A stretch of DNA of 32,000 bases. Origin: Candidatus Electrothrix yaqonensis. GTDB lineage: Bacteria > Desulfobacterota > Desulfobulbia > Desulfobulbales > Desulfobulbaceae. The notes beneath the pieces are model-generated. The model did not search any database. It had not been told where the DNA came from and saw only the letters and a program-made list of their open reading frames with translations. Shown in pieces: positions 8,113-16,830 of the stretch (position 1 is the stretch's first letter; each line of letters begins with the position of its first letter). Made by a program: the position numbers and the translations under genes. Where the stretch lies: NCBI GenBank assembly GCA_047651235.1, contig CP178758.1:2910001-2942000 (forward strand). Direction: 5' to 3'.

Positions 8113-8553
8113 ATGGAATACAGAACTGGAACTGTCGGTCGGGTTGTCGTTATCCGCTTTGATCATCAGGATGATTTTCTGGAAGGGCTGAAGGAGATTG
8201 TTGTCAAAGAAAAGATAACAAGCGGCTGGTTTCAGATTATCGGTGCTCTGGACAGAGCCGGAGTGGTGGTCGGACCCCAGGAACCGGTGGTGCCGCCGAA
8301 TCCCGTCTGGCGGGAAATGGACAATAAGGTGCATGAGGTGGTCGGGTGCGGGTCCGTGTACATGGACGGCGAGACGCCGCACATTCATCTGCATGGGGCG
8401 CTGGGCCACCACGGTGAGACCTTCACCGGCTGCATCCGCAGAAACAGCAGAGTGTATCTGCTCCTTGAAGTGGTTCTGTTCGAGCTGATCGGGATTGATG
8501 CCGTGCGTCCAAGGGATGAGGCTCTCGGCGTTCATCGGGTTGTTTTTTCCTGA
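8113..8553 (+). CDS. PPC (DUF296) domain protein, His-rich
   Basis: 146 aa, 16 nt downstream of nikR. Pattern GRVVVIRFDHQDDFLEGL...IGAL...PHIHLHGALGHHGE...LLEVVLFEL fits the PPC/DUF296 fold signature. Function unknown. Confidence 0.7.
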   Translation: MEYRTGTVGRVVVIRFDHQDDFLEGLKEIVVKEKITSGWFQIIGALDRAGVVVGPQEPVVPPNPVWREMDNKVHEVVGCGSVYMDGETPHIHLHGALGHHGETFTGCIRRNSRVYLLLEVVLFELIGIDAVRPRDEALGVHRVVFS

Positions 8554-8589
8554 TGCTGGCTTGTGGGTAGTGGGATCAAGCTACTCCAA

Positions 8590-8622
8590 GGGGATGTTTT
8601 AAGAGTATCCCCCCTTTTTTTT
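8590..8622 (+). terminator. rho-independent terminator after the nikR-PPC pair
   Basis: GGGGAT (8590-8595) / ATCCCC (8607-8612) stem with an 11-nt loop, followed by a T8 run (8615-8622), 37 nt after the PPC stop. Confidence 0.7.
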
Positions 8623-8765
8623 CTCTTCAGGACAGCGCTGATCTTCATCATCAGCATGTCCTGAAGTCCTGACGGAGCGCACAATACTCCCATAACAACA
8701 GCAGGGACTTCTCCTGTTGTCCGGTGCTGTTAAAAACAGATGCATAGTCAGCCGGGACTTGACAC

Positions 8766-10412
8766 CTACAACAATCCGTTCACCATTACCTTGGCCTCCT
8801 CCTGAATTCTGGCCAAGTGCTCCTCATCAATAAAACTCTCCGCGTAAATCTTGTAGATATCCTCAGTGCCGGAAGGCCGCAGGGCGCACCAGCCGTTTTC
8901 CGCCACGATCTTCAGCCCGCCGATAGGCGCATCATTGCCCGGTGCCTTGGTCAGAATAGCAATGATCGGCTCCCCGGCCAAGGTCTCGACCTTGACATCT
9001 TCCGGCTGCAGTTTCTTCAATACAGCTTTCTGTTCCGGAGTGGCCGGAGCATCAATACGCGCGTAGACCGGCGCACCGAACTGCTTGGTCAGTTCCTGAT
9101 AGTGTTCGCCCGGATCGCGACCGGTTTTCGCCGTAATCTCGGCAGCCAGCAGGTTAAGGATAATGCCGTCTTTGTCCGTGCTCCAGACCGTGCCGTCCTT
9201 GCGCAGAAAGCTCGCACCTGCGCTCTCTTCGCCGCCGAAAAAGAGACTGCCGTGCAGTAGGCCGTCCACAAACCACTTGAAGCCCACCGGCACTTCCACC
9301 ACGTTCCGGCCCAGATGCGCAGCCGCCCGGTCGATGATAGAGCTGCTGACCAGGGTCTTGCCGATGCCGAGGTCATCCCGCCACTGCGGACGATTCTGCG
9401 CCAGATAGGAAATGGCCACGCTCAGGTAATGATTCGGATTCATCAGGCCCGCGCTTTTGGTGACAATGCCGTGCCGGTCAAAATCGGTGTCATTGCCGAA
9501 AGCAATGTCGAATTCCTCCTTCATAGCGACCAGTCCGGCCATCGCGTACGGAGAGGAACAGTCCATGCGGATTTTGCCGTCCTTGTCGCAGTGCATAAAG
9601 GAAAAGGTGGAATCCAGCGTGTCGTGGAAGATTTCCATGTTCAGGCCGTAACGGTCCCTGATCGCAGCCCAATAGGCCATACCGGCTCCGCCCATCGCGT
9701 CTGCGCCGATGCGGATGCCGGACCGAGCAATGGCCTCCATATCAATGACCTGCTCCAGTTCGCTGACATAGGGGGTAATATAATCATAGTACTGCATGGT
9801 CTCGGTCTTGAGCGCATCTGCCAGCGGCAGCAGCTTCACTCCAGCTAAATTGTTTTCCAAAAGCTGATTGGCGTGGGCTTCGATAATACCGGTCACATCG
9901 GTGTCTGCCGGGCCGCCGTGCGGGGGATTGTACTTGAACCCGCCGTCCACGGGCGGATTATGCGACGGAGTGATGACGATACCGTCACACTGGGGTTCCT
10001 CCCGATTATGGGTAAGGATAGCGTGGGAGATTACCGGAGTGGGAGTATAGCCGAATTTTTGCGGAGTCGAACCGGCAGCAATGCAGACCTGCACTCTGTT
10101 GGCAGCCAAGACCCGCAGCGCCGTAAACTGGGCAGGCCAGGAGAGCGGATGGGTATCCATGCCCATGAACAGGGTGCCGCTGATACCTGCCTCGCGGCGG
10201 TAATCACAGACCGCCTGAGTTACGGCCAGAATGTGCGCCTCGTTGAAACTGCGCTTCAGCGAGCTGCCACGGTGGCCGGAGGTTCCGAAGCTTACCCGCT
10301 CGCTCTCCTGCTGCGGATCAGGTGTCAGGGTGTAATAAGCAGAGATCAGCTCCGGGACATTGACCAGTATTGATTTCGGAGCAGGCTTGCCTGCCAGCGG
10401 ATGAATATCCAT
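8766..10412 (-). CDS. pgm: phosphoglucomutase (alpha-D-glucose-1,6-bisphosphate dependent)
   Basis: FGTSGHRG, active-site TPSHNP and GGEESAG motifs; length about 548 aa. ATG at 10412 has an AAGGAGG SD 7 nt upstream. The ORF-track start at 10454 is probably an extension. Confidence 0.93.
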   Translation of the reverse strand: MDIHPLAGKPAPKSILVNVPELISAYYTLTPDPQQESERVSFGTSGHRGSSLKRSFNEAHILAVTQAVCDYRREAGISGTLFMGMDTHPLSWPAQFTALRVLAANRVQVCIAAGSTPQKFGYTPTPVISHAILTHNREEPQCDGIVITPSHNPPVDGGFKYNPPHGGPADTDVTGIIEAHANQLLENNLAGVKLLPLADALKTETMQYYDYITPYVSELEQVIDMEAIARSGIRIGADAMGGAGMAYWAAIRDRYGLNMEIFHDTLDSTFSFMHCDKDGKIRMDCSSPYAMAGLVAMKEEFDIAFGNDTDFDRHGIVTKSAGLMNPNHYLSVAISYLAQNRPQWRDDLGIGKTLVSSSIIDRAAAHLGRNVVEVPVGFKWFVDGLLHGSLFFGGEESAGASFLRKDGTVWSTDKDGIILNLLAAEITAKTGRDPGEHYQELTKQFGAPVYARIDAPATPEQKAVLKKLQPEDVKVETLAGEPIIAILTKAPGNDAPIGGLKIVAENGWCALRPSGTEDIYKIYAESFIDEEHLARIQEEAKVMVNGLL

Positions 10413-10546
10413 AGAAGTCCTCCTTTTTATGTGCAGCGGAAATCTGTCCAACATGCTTTTGTCCTCGGACAGCGGACCGGTCGGGACAGGGGACTGAGCA
10501 CCCGCAGCAGTTCAGATGATTTTTAATCCAGCAACGGACCCGACCG

Positions 10547-10574
10547 AGCATAAACCTGACAGGAAAAATGTCAA
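10547..10574 (-). promoter_or_regulatory. candidate sigma70-type promoter for pgm
   Basis: Minus strand TTGACA (10574-10569), 16 nt spacer, TATGCT (10552-10547), about 135 nt upstream of the pgm ATG. Sequence match only. Confidence 0.3.
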
Positions 10575-10616
10575 CTGTCTTTCGCCAATTTCCGCAGGTA
10601 TCTATTTATCCAATTT

Positions 10617-11207
10617 TCATTCTTTAGACAGGTTCGTCTTCGGGCCAGTGAGCTGGCGCTGCCGCTTTTCCTCATAGGCGGCCAGGACAAACAGGCAGGA
10701 ATACGGGTAGGTCACCACGGTGCCGAACACGACGGAACTGCCGATGGAATTAAGAATAATGAGAACCGCCACCACGGCAAAATGCTCATTAGCCGGTTTT
10801 TCCAGGGCCATGCTGGAGGACGTTTTGATTGCCTCGATCAGCCCCATCTGCTGATCCGTCATCAGGGGCAGCATGTAGGTGAGAAAAAAAGTTCCGGCCA
10901 GCAGCACCGCAATGCCCGGCAGCACCAGCATGAGCATACCGATACACACGGCAATGACGAACAGAACAGAAAAACCGAGCAGGGGGAAAAACAGGTTCAT
11001 GTGGGCGAACAGATCCTTGATATCCGGCTTTCTTTCCTCCCGCAGGACCAGAAGCAGGGACTGCATGTACCCTGCTGTCACCACCGGGGCCAGCAGGCCG
11101 AGACTGACCACTGAAACTGCGAGCATCACCAAGGTGTTGACGAGAATCGGCGCGAAATTGCCTGCCAGCACCTGCCAGGACTGTTCAAACTGCTGCTTGA
11201 AGTCCAT
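10617..11207 (-). CDS. integral membrane protein, DUF975-like
   Basis: 196 aa with 4-5 hydrophobic spans and strong SD (GGAAGGAGG) upstream of the ATG. The central segment GYMQSLLLVLREERKPDIKDLFAHMNLFFPLLGF resembles the DUF975 pattern. The family call is tentative. Confidence 0.7.
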   Translation of the reverse strand: MDFKQQFEQSWQVLAGNFAPILVNTLVMLAVSVVSLGLLAPVVTAGYMQSLLLVLREERKPDIKDLFAHMNLFFPLLGFSVLFVIAVCIGMLMLVLPGIAVLLAGTFFLTYMLPLMTDQQMGLIEAIKTSSSMALEKPANEHFAVVAVLIILNSIGSSVVFGTVVTYPYSCLFVLAAYEEKRQRQLTGPKTNLSKE

Positions 11208-11294
11208 ACTGCCTCCTTCCGGAAAACCGGATGAATATGAAAATGAGATTGCTGCTTATTTCAATATGAAACTAATCGGATGGTGAGCAGATTG

Positions 11295-11337
11295 GCAAGC
11301 AGTAATTCCGACAGACTGCTTTGCAGCCGCTTTTTTT
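11295..11337 (+). terminator. terminator-like hairpin H1 with no upstream + strand gene
   Basis: GCAAGCAGT (11295-11303) pairs with ACTGCTT(T)GC (11315-11324): 9 bp with one bulge. Then agccgc and a T7 run (11331-11337). Confidence 0.3.
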
Positions 11338-11444
11338 CTTTTCCTGCCGGAAGAATATTGACATTCGGATCGTTTCGCGGCAAGTTGCCCGGTGATCGGT
11401 TCCGTTGTGGAAACCGGTCCGTAACACCCAACAGCTTCATTTTG

Positions 11445-11490
11445 CCCGGTGAGCAATCACCGGGTTACTTGCTTATTTTGTTTGCTTTTT
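11445..11490 (+). terminator. terminator-like hairpin H3 (possible 3' end of an sRNA or a leader attenuator)
   Basis: Perfect 8-bp stem CCCGGTGA (11445-11452) / TCACCGGG (11457-11464) with a GCAA loop, followed by a T-rich tail TTACTTGCTTATTTTGTTTGCTTTTT. Confidence 0.4.
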
Positions 11491-11593
11491 GGCGCATACG
11501 TCTATATCCCTATCCCGTATATCCTATATTTTCCTATGTTCTATGGACCCGAATTTCCGGGACGAATAAGGGATAACCTTTGGAGTTCAGCAG

Positions 11594-14500
11594 GTGAAAA
11601 AAAATAAAGTAAAATTTTTCGCAGGAGCAGGCGTGCTCCTGATACTTCTTCTGATCGGCATCACGGTCGCCTTTCTTCCGGCCATCCTCTCTTCAGACTG
11701 GGTAAAAAACATTGCTGTCAGCAGGGTGAACAGCAGCTCGTCAGGAGAGCTCTTCCTCGGTAACTGTGAAATCGGCTGGAGCGAGGGTCTGCAGTGCGCA
11801 ACTGTTGCCTATCAGGATACGGCCCAAGGGTATCAGTTTACAGCCGCCCGTCTGAAAAGCACACAGGGATTATTCTCTCTGATTACAGCGCCGAAAAATC
11901 TCGGCACCATCACTGTGGACGACCCTGTGCTGGTGCTTCCGCAGCATCCGGAGAAATCCGATAAGTCAGGGGCTTCGTCTCAGGATACAGACCAGTCTGC
12001 TGGCAAAACTGAGCAAACTGAACCGGCCGTTACCGACACCTCCGCTGCAGGAAAAGGAAAATGGTTCTGGCATAAAATGGCGGTGAAACTGGTGCTGAAC
12101 CGCTTGGCAGTGCAGCTGAAGGCCCCGGACACACCCGTGCCGCTGCTCAGTCAGGGGAAACTTGATGCGGAGTTGGTCAACGACAGCCTCAAATTCACGC
12201 TTTCTCTGGCAACCGGCGCGGACGGCAACAGGGGAGCAATCAAATCAGAAGGACAGATCGACTTGCCTTCGGTTAAAGGCAATCTGCTGGACCAGATGAC
12301 AGCGGATATGCTGCTCACCCTCACCGACGTGCAGACCGGGCCTTTTCTGGCCTTGGCCCCTGCTGACAGCGGTGTTCCCCGGGGACAGGGCATGGTATCC
12401 GCCGAACTGACCGTAAAAAATACCGAGAGCGGCAACTTGGTAGTGCGCGGCCCGATCACCCTGACTGACATTGATCTGACCGGCGGTTTTCTGCAGGAGG
12501 ATCATCCCCGTGTTGAACAGCTTGCCCTTGAGCTGCAGCTGCAGCGGGATGTTACGAAGGACTGGAAGGTTCCCGGTCTGAAAATGGTCTCCGACTTCGG
12601 CACCTTGGATCTGCAGTCCAGCTACGGCCAGGAGGGCATTCAGGCCACCGGTAAGGGAAAACTTGATCTGCCTGTTCTGCTTACTCAGCTGCCTCATCTG
12701 CTTAAGGTTCAGGAAGACCTGCGCCTTGAAAGCGGGACAACCACGGTCACTGTTGCTCTGAACGAAGAACCGGGCGCAATGCATATCATTGCCGACGCAG
12801 TTATTGAGAATCTTGCCGGTCGGCAGGATCATCAGTCCTTTACTTGGGATACCCCTCTGACCCTGCAGTTTGACGGTCGATTGGCAGACAAGGAACCGGA
12901 GATCGATAAGCTCGCCCTGAAGGCATCTTTTCTTGATATCCAAGGTAAAGGTAATCTCAAACATTTCACCCTGAACGGTTCGGCTGACCTGAAGCAGGCT
13001 ACGCAGCAGCTCGGCAAAATTATTCAGCTCGGCTGGAAAGCCGGGGGCCAGCTGGAGATGCAAGTCGAGACAGAAAAGGACGAAAACAACCGCTACGCGG
13101 TTTCTGCGCAGCTGGACATTGCCGACTGCCGACTTGATCTTGTTGAGGGCAGCAGAACGGTGCTGCCCTCTCATCCCCTGCATTTCAGCGGCAAGCTCAA
13201 TACACCGGAAAAATTTCCTGCCGCAAAGGCGGATGCTGCGGACCTGACCTTTGACCTGTCCTCCTGGGCCGGAGAATTCAAAGGCTCTGTCGAGGGAATA
13301 TATCGTGAGGACGGGCAGATCATGGCCCGTTACCAGCTCAGCGCAGACCTGGTGCTGGCGCGGGTCACGGAACTGCTGCATCAGTTTGAACTTGCAGAAG
13401 AGGAAACCAGCCTGGCCGGTTCCATGACGCTGGACACCTCCGGCTATACGGAAAAGGACAGGATCGTGGTCAGCAAAATCGACAGCCGCGTTAAAGACTT
13501 TATCCTCTACCGCCAGGGGAAAATCTTCCGCGAATCTGAGCTGCACCTGTTCACTACTGCACCAACCGCAGAGCAGGAAGCGGGAAATGCTGTCCGTCCC
13601 CTTGCAACCGCAGACAGCAGAGCTGCCTTTTTTGCCGCAGGCGGCGGCTACAACCTGATCGATACCACAAATCACCGTCTTGTCCTCCGTAACCTGAATC
13701 TCAAATCCGGGTTTGCCGATATCAGGGCAAAACGGCTTTTTCTGGAGGACTGGCAGCAGAAACCGGCTCCGGCAATCAAGGAGCTGCAGGTTAACGGCAC
13801 AGCAGATCTGCAGAAACTGACCATCCTGCTCCAGCAGCTGGAGGCTCTGCCTGCTGCGCAGAAATTCGGCGGCAATGCGGCCTTTGATCTCGATCTGACA
13901 GAGAGAAAGGAAGATATCAAAATCGCGGGCAAAAAAAACAGGGGTAATTCCGGCACAGTAAAACTGGACCTGGATCAGTTCACCTACAGTAAAATAGAGG
14001 AAAAAGGAAAAGGCACGTCGGGTAGGGGGAAAGAAGAACTCCTGCTCGAACGGCAGAAGGTTGTGTTCAGAAGCCATCTGCACGGCGACCTGATTGCCGG
14101 GGATGTCCAGTTCACTACCTTTGATATTGAATCCGCTCCGTTAAGTATGCAGGCGGACGGCGAGCTGCAGCTCAGCGGCAAAAACCGGCATTTTTCTCTG
14201 CAGGGCCAGGCAACCCCGGATCTTGCCTCCATTGTCGCTATTCTGAACGGCATGTATGCGCTGGGCATTGATATGAAGGGCAGGAAAAAGGAAAAATTCA
14301 CCCTGTATTATCCCCTGTCGCCGGAAGAGCAAAACGCAAAAATCGATCTGCGTTTTGCCACCAGCGTCTATGCCGATTCATTCTCCAAATCCGGCATTGA
14401 TATCAGAGACATGTCCATTGATACCGACATGAAGGACGGGATCATGGCTGCTGCCCTGGAAGGCATCCTGAATGAAGGGCTGCTCCAGGTTGCGCCGCGC

Positions 14501-15202
14501 ATTGACTACACTAAGAATCCGCCGCTGCTCACCCTGACAGAACCCCAGCAGATCCTGACCGATGTCCACTTGGAACAATACCTCACGGACGGCATCCTGA
14601 AAGTGGTGCATCCCGTGTTCGGGGCCCTGGCCACGCCTGCGGGCATCATCAATGCGCGTCTGGACCGCTTTTCCCTGCCCCTTGGCGGAAAGGGACTGAA
14701 GCAGATTGATTTTAACCTCACCCTTGATCTCACTAGGGTCGCTCTGCAGCCCAAGGGCGTACTGAGCAGTATTCTGGAAGCAGCAGGCTATGCCGACAGC
14801 GCCCTGACCATGAAGGAAAAGACCATGACCTGCGACGGGGTGCAGGGGAAGATCACCTGTTCGCCGGTCAAGGTCACAGTTGCAGACTCGGAAATCGTGA
14901 TCAGCGGGTCTGCCGGGATTGACGGCAGCCTGCATTATGTGGTGGAGGTCCCGGTGACCAGCAGGCTGGTGGGCAAAAAGGGATATGAGCTGCTCAAAGG
15001 GGCAACCCTGAAAGTCCCTGTCCGGGGCACCAGAGACAACCCGGTGTACAGCCGCAAGGCCCTGATGGAAGCTGCATCTGATCTGCTCCGGCAGGCTGCC
15101 GGACAGGCAACAAAAAATATTCTTCAGGATCAGGTGGACAAGGTCGCTCCGGAGCTGGACAAGGTTGTGCCGGGCCTGCTGGACGGGTTGTTCGGAAAAT
15201 GA
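11594..15202 (+). CDS. large AsmA-like / TamB-like envelope protein (N-terminal membrane anchor, long beta-rich periplasmic region)
   Basis: 1202-aa ORF with GTG start and GGAG 8 nt upstream. N-terminus KKNKVKFFAGAGVLLILLLIGITVAFLPAIL is an AsmA-style anchor. The body is repetitive with no enzymatic motif. The C-terminal VPVRGTRDNPVY resembles AsmA-family C-termini. The CDS is solid; the family call is moderate. Confidence 0.7.
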   Translation: MKKNKVKFFAGAGVLLILLLIGITVAFLPAILSSDWVKNIAVSRVNSSSSGELFLGNCEIGWSEGLQCATVAYQDTAQGYQFTAARLKSTQGLFSLITAPKNLGTITVDDPVLVLPQHPEKSDKSGASSQDTDQSAGKTEQTEPAVTDTSAAGKGKWFWHKMAVKLVLNRLAVQLKAPDTPVPLLSQGKLDAELVNDSLKFTLSLATGADGNRGAIKSEGQIDLPSVKGNLLDQMTADMLLTLTDVQTGPFLALAPADSGVPRGQGMVSAELTVKNTESGNLVVRGPITLTDIDLTGGFLQEDHPRVEQLALELQLQRDVTKDWKVPGLKMVSDFGTLDLQSSYGQEGIQATGKGKLDLPVLLTQLPHLLKVQEDLRLESGTTTVTVALNEEPGAMHIIADAVIENLAGRQDHQSFTWDTPLTLQFDGRLADKEPEIDKLALKASFLDIQGKGNLKHFTLNGSADLKQATQQLGKIIQLGWKAGGQLEMQVETEKDENNRYAVSAQLDIADCRLDLVEGSRTVLPSHPLHFSGKLNTPEKFPAAKADAADLTFDLSSWAGEFKGSVEGIYREDGQIMARYQLSADLVLARVTELLHQFELAEEETSLAGSMTLDTSGYTEKDRIVVSKIDSRVKDFILYRQGKIFRESELHLFTTAPTAEQEAGNAVRPLATADSRAAFFAAGGGYNLIDTTNHRLVLRNLNLKSGFADIRAKRLFLEDWQQKPAPAIKELQVNGTADLQKLTILLQQLEALPAAQKFGGNAAFDLDLTERKEDIKIAGKKNRGNSGTVKLDLDQFTYSKIEEKGKGTSGRGKEELLLERQKVVFRSHLHGDLIAGDVQFTTFDIESAPLSMQADGELQLSGKNRHFSLQGQATPDLASIVAILNGMYALGIDMKGRKKEKFTLYYPLSPEEQNAKIDLRFATSVYADSFSKSGIDIRDMSIDTDMKDGIMAAALEGILNEGLLQVAPRIDYTKNPPLLTLTEPQQILTDVHLEQYLTDGILKVVHPVFGALATPAGIINARLDRFSLPLGGKGLKQIDFNLTLDLTRVALQPKGVLSSILEAAGYADSALTMKEKTMTCDGVQGKITCSPVKVTVADSEIVISGSAGIDGSLHYVVEVPVTSRLVGKKGYELLKGATLKVPVRGTRDNPVYSRKALMEAASDLLRQAAGQATKNILQDQVDKVAPELDKVVPGLLDGLFGK

Positions 15203-15582
15203 ACCTGCTGCAGCTTGCTCTCATCGGCGCAGGCGGCTTTACCGGGGCAGTGCTGCGTTTTCTGGTCAGCTCCTGGGTGCAGACCCGCTCCGGTTCCATT
15301 GTCTACCCGTTCGGCACCCTGAGCGTAAACATGATCGGCTGCCTGCTGATCGGTTTTCTCAGCGCCCTAGTTGAAACAAAGGCCATGTTTTCTCCGGAGA
15401 CCAGGAGCTTCGTGCTCATCGGCCTGCTGGGAGCCTTTACCACCTTTTCCACCTTCGGCAATGAAACCCTGAACCTGATCCGGGAGAGCCGGATGGTCCC
15501 GGCCCTGCTGAACGCCGGGGGACAGGTGATATTCGGGGTGGGCCTGGTCTGGCTGGGCCGGATCGCGGCCCGCCTTCTTTAA
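15199..15582 (+). CDS. crcB: fluoride ion channel CrcB/FluC
   Basis: 127 aa, 4 TM. Signature segments GGFTGAVLRF, FPFGTLSVNMIGCLLIGF and GAFTTFSTF. ATG overlaps the upstream TGA (ATGA, 15199-15202). Confidence 0.9.
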   Translation: MNLLQLALIGAGGFTGAVLRFLVSSWVQTRSGSIVYPFGTLSVNMIGCLLIGFLSALVETKAMFSPETRSFVLIGLLGAFTTFSTFGNETLNLIRESRMVPALLNAGGQVIFGVGLVWLGRIAARLL

Positions 15583-15603
15583 GTTTTCTTTAAGCTTTAA
15601 GGC

Positions 15604-15680
15604 GGAGAGACAGAGAGATACTGTAGAATTTCACCCTGCACTCTCTCCCTTCCTTTCTGTTTTTTCGCTTTCTTTTCTTT
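15604..15680 (+). terminator. possible terminator region after crcB
   Basis: GGAGAGA (15604-15610) / TCTCTCC (15642-15648) stem with a large loop, followed by a T-rich tract (cttcctttctgttttttcgctttcttttcttt). Weak geometry. Confidence 0.3.
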
Positions 15681-15795
15681 ACGGGCCGAGCTTTAAGAGT
15701 GCAGTTGCCGCCGTATTTAATATATAGTACATAAGAAGTATAAAAAATTGCATCCTGAACAGAACAAGACTCAACCGGAACACGAGAAGAATACT

Positions 15796-16830
15796 ATGAA
15801 ATACTCCCGTGTCTGTCTGCATAGCTTCGGCTATGAACTGCCGCCCAACGTGGTTACCTCCGCTGACCTTGAACAGCAGCTGTCATCGGTCTATGAACGC
15901 CTGAAATTGCCTGAAGGACGCCTTGAGCTGATGAGCGGCATCCGCAGCCGCCGCTTTTGGGACCCGGAAACCCCGCCCAGCGAGGGGGCGATCCTTGCCG
16001 GACGCAAGGCCCTGCTCGCTTCCGGGCTGTCAGCCCCGGACATTGATTTCCTGGCCTTTACGGCGGTGAGCCGGGATATGATGGAGCCTGCCACAGCCTC
16101 TTTTGTCCATCGCGGTCTGGGACTGGGAAGCCATTGCCAGATTTTTGATCTCTCCAATGCCTGCCTTGGTTTTCTCAACGGCATGCTCATACTGGCCAAC
16201 ATGATCGAACTGGGCCAGGTCCGTTACGGCCTGATCGTGACCTCCGAAACTGCCGAGGATCTGGTCTGTTCCACCATTGAACAGCTGCAGGCGGATGAAA
16301 CCCTGACCCGGAAGACCATCAAACCTGCCTTTGCCTCCCTGACCATCGGCTCCGGGGCCGTAGCCCTGGTTATGGGGTCAAAAAAAGTGCAGGATACCGG
16401 TCACCGCCTGATCGGTGGTTCCTGGCGGGCCAACACCCATCATAATGACCTTTGCCACGGTGGTCAGAACGGCAACGAAGGCACGCTGATGAATACGGAC
16501 TCCGAGGTGCTGCTGGAAAAAGGAGTCGAGACCGCGCATCTCTGCTGGCTGGATTTCCTGCAGGAAACAGGCTGGGATAAGGAAAAGGTCAACCGCTTTT
16601 TCTGCCATCAGGTAGGGCAGGCCCATGCCCGCAAACTTTTTTCCACCTTGGAGCTTGACCCGGAACGTAATTTCGAGACCCTGTCCGTACTGGGCAATGT
16701 GGGTTCGGTTTCTGCGCCTATCACAATGGCAATGGGCATTGAAAAAGGCAAGCTAAAACACGGCCAGCGGGCCGCCCTGTTAGGTATCGGCTCCGGAATC
16801 AACTCGGTGATGCTCGGGATTGAGTGGTGA
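15796..16830 (+). CDS. oleA: FabH-like thiolase resembling OleA (head-to-head fatty-acyl condensing enzyme)
   Basis: 344 aa from ATG 15796. Segments SRRFWD, VSRDMMEPATAS, FDLSNACLGFLNGM, TIGSGAVALVM, CHQVGQAH, GNVGSVS and ALLGIGSGINS line up, from memory, with Xanthomonas OleA. The positions include those of Glu117, Cys143, His285 and Asn315. A generic KAS III cannot be excluded. Confidence 0.6.
   Translation: MKYSRVCLHSFGYELPPNVVTSADLEQQLSSVYERLKLPEGRLELMSGIRSRRFWDPETPPSEGAILAGRKALLASGLSAPDIDFLAFTAVSRDMMEPATASFVHRGLGLGSHCQIFDLSNACLGFLNGMLILANMIELGQVRYGLIVTSETAEDLVCSTIEQLQADETLTRKTIKPAFASLTIGSGAVALVMGSKKVQDTGHRLIGGSWRANTHHNDLCHGGQNGNEGTLMNTDSEVLLEKGVETAHLCWLDFLQETGWDKEKVNRFFCHQVGQAHARKLFSTLELDPERNFETLSVLGNVGSVSAPITMAMGIEKGKLKHGQRAALLGIGSGINSVMLGIEW

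Noticed and set aside
10413-10454. 14-codon upstream extension of pgm
   Set aside because: AAGGAGG lies 7 nt before the ATG at 10412, and the conserved Pgm N-terminus begins there.
11421-11427. Possible NikR half-sites: GTAACAC here and GTGTTAC at 22512-22518
   Set aside because: No inverted partner lies at the expected spacing of about 13-16 nt in either place. Single 7-mers are expected by chance in 32 kb.
11208-11593. Fluoride (crcB-motif) riboswitch upstream of the AsmA-like/crcB operon
   Set aside because: I looked for the conserved GGNGATGG...CTGATGATNCCTAC-like core and found nothing convincing. Only a formal cmscan can exclude it.
12245-14083. 612-aa ORF on the minus strand, antisense to the AsmA-like gene
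   Set aside because: It lies entirely inside the 1202-aa + strand ORF. Its composition is junk-like (Q/L/F/R/C-rich, no motifs, no SD). The + strand frame has a proper anchor, an SD and coupling to crcB. A long mirror ORF is expected from CTG/CAG-rich codon usage.
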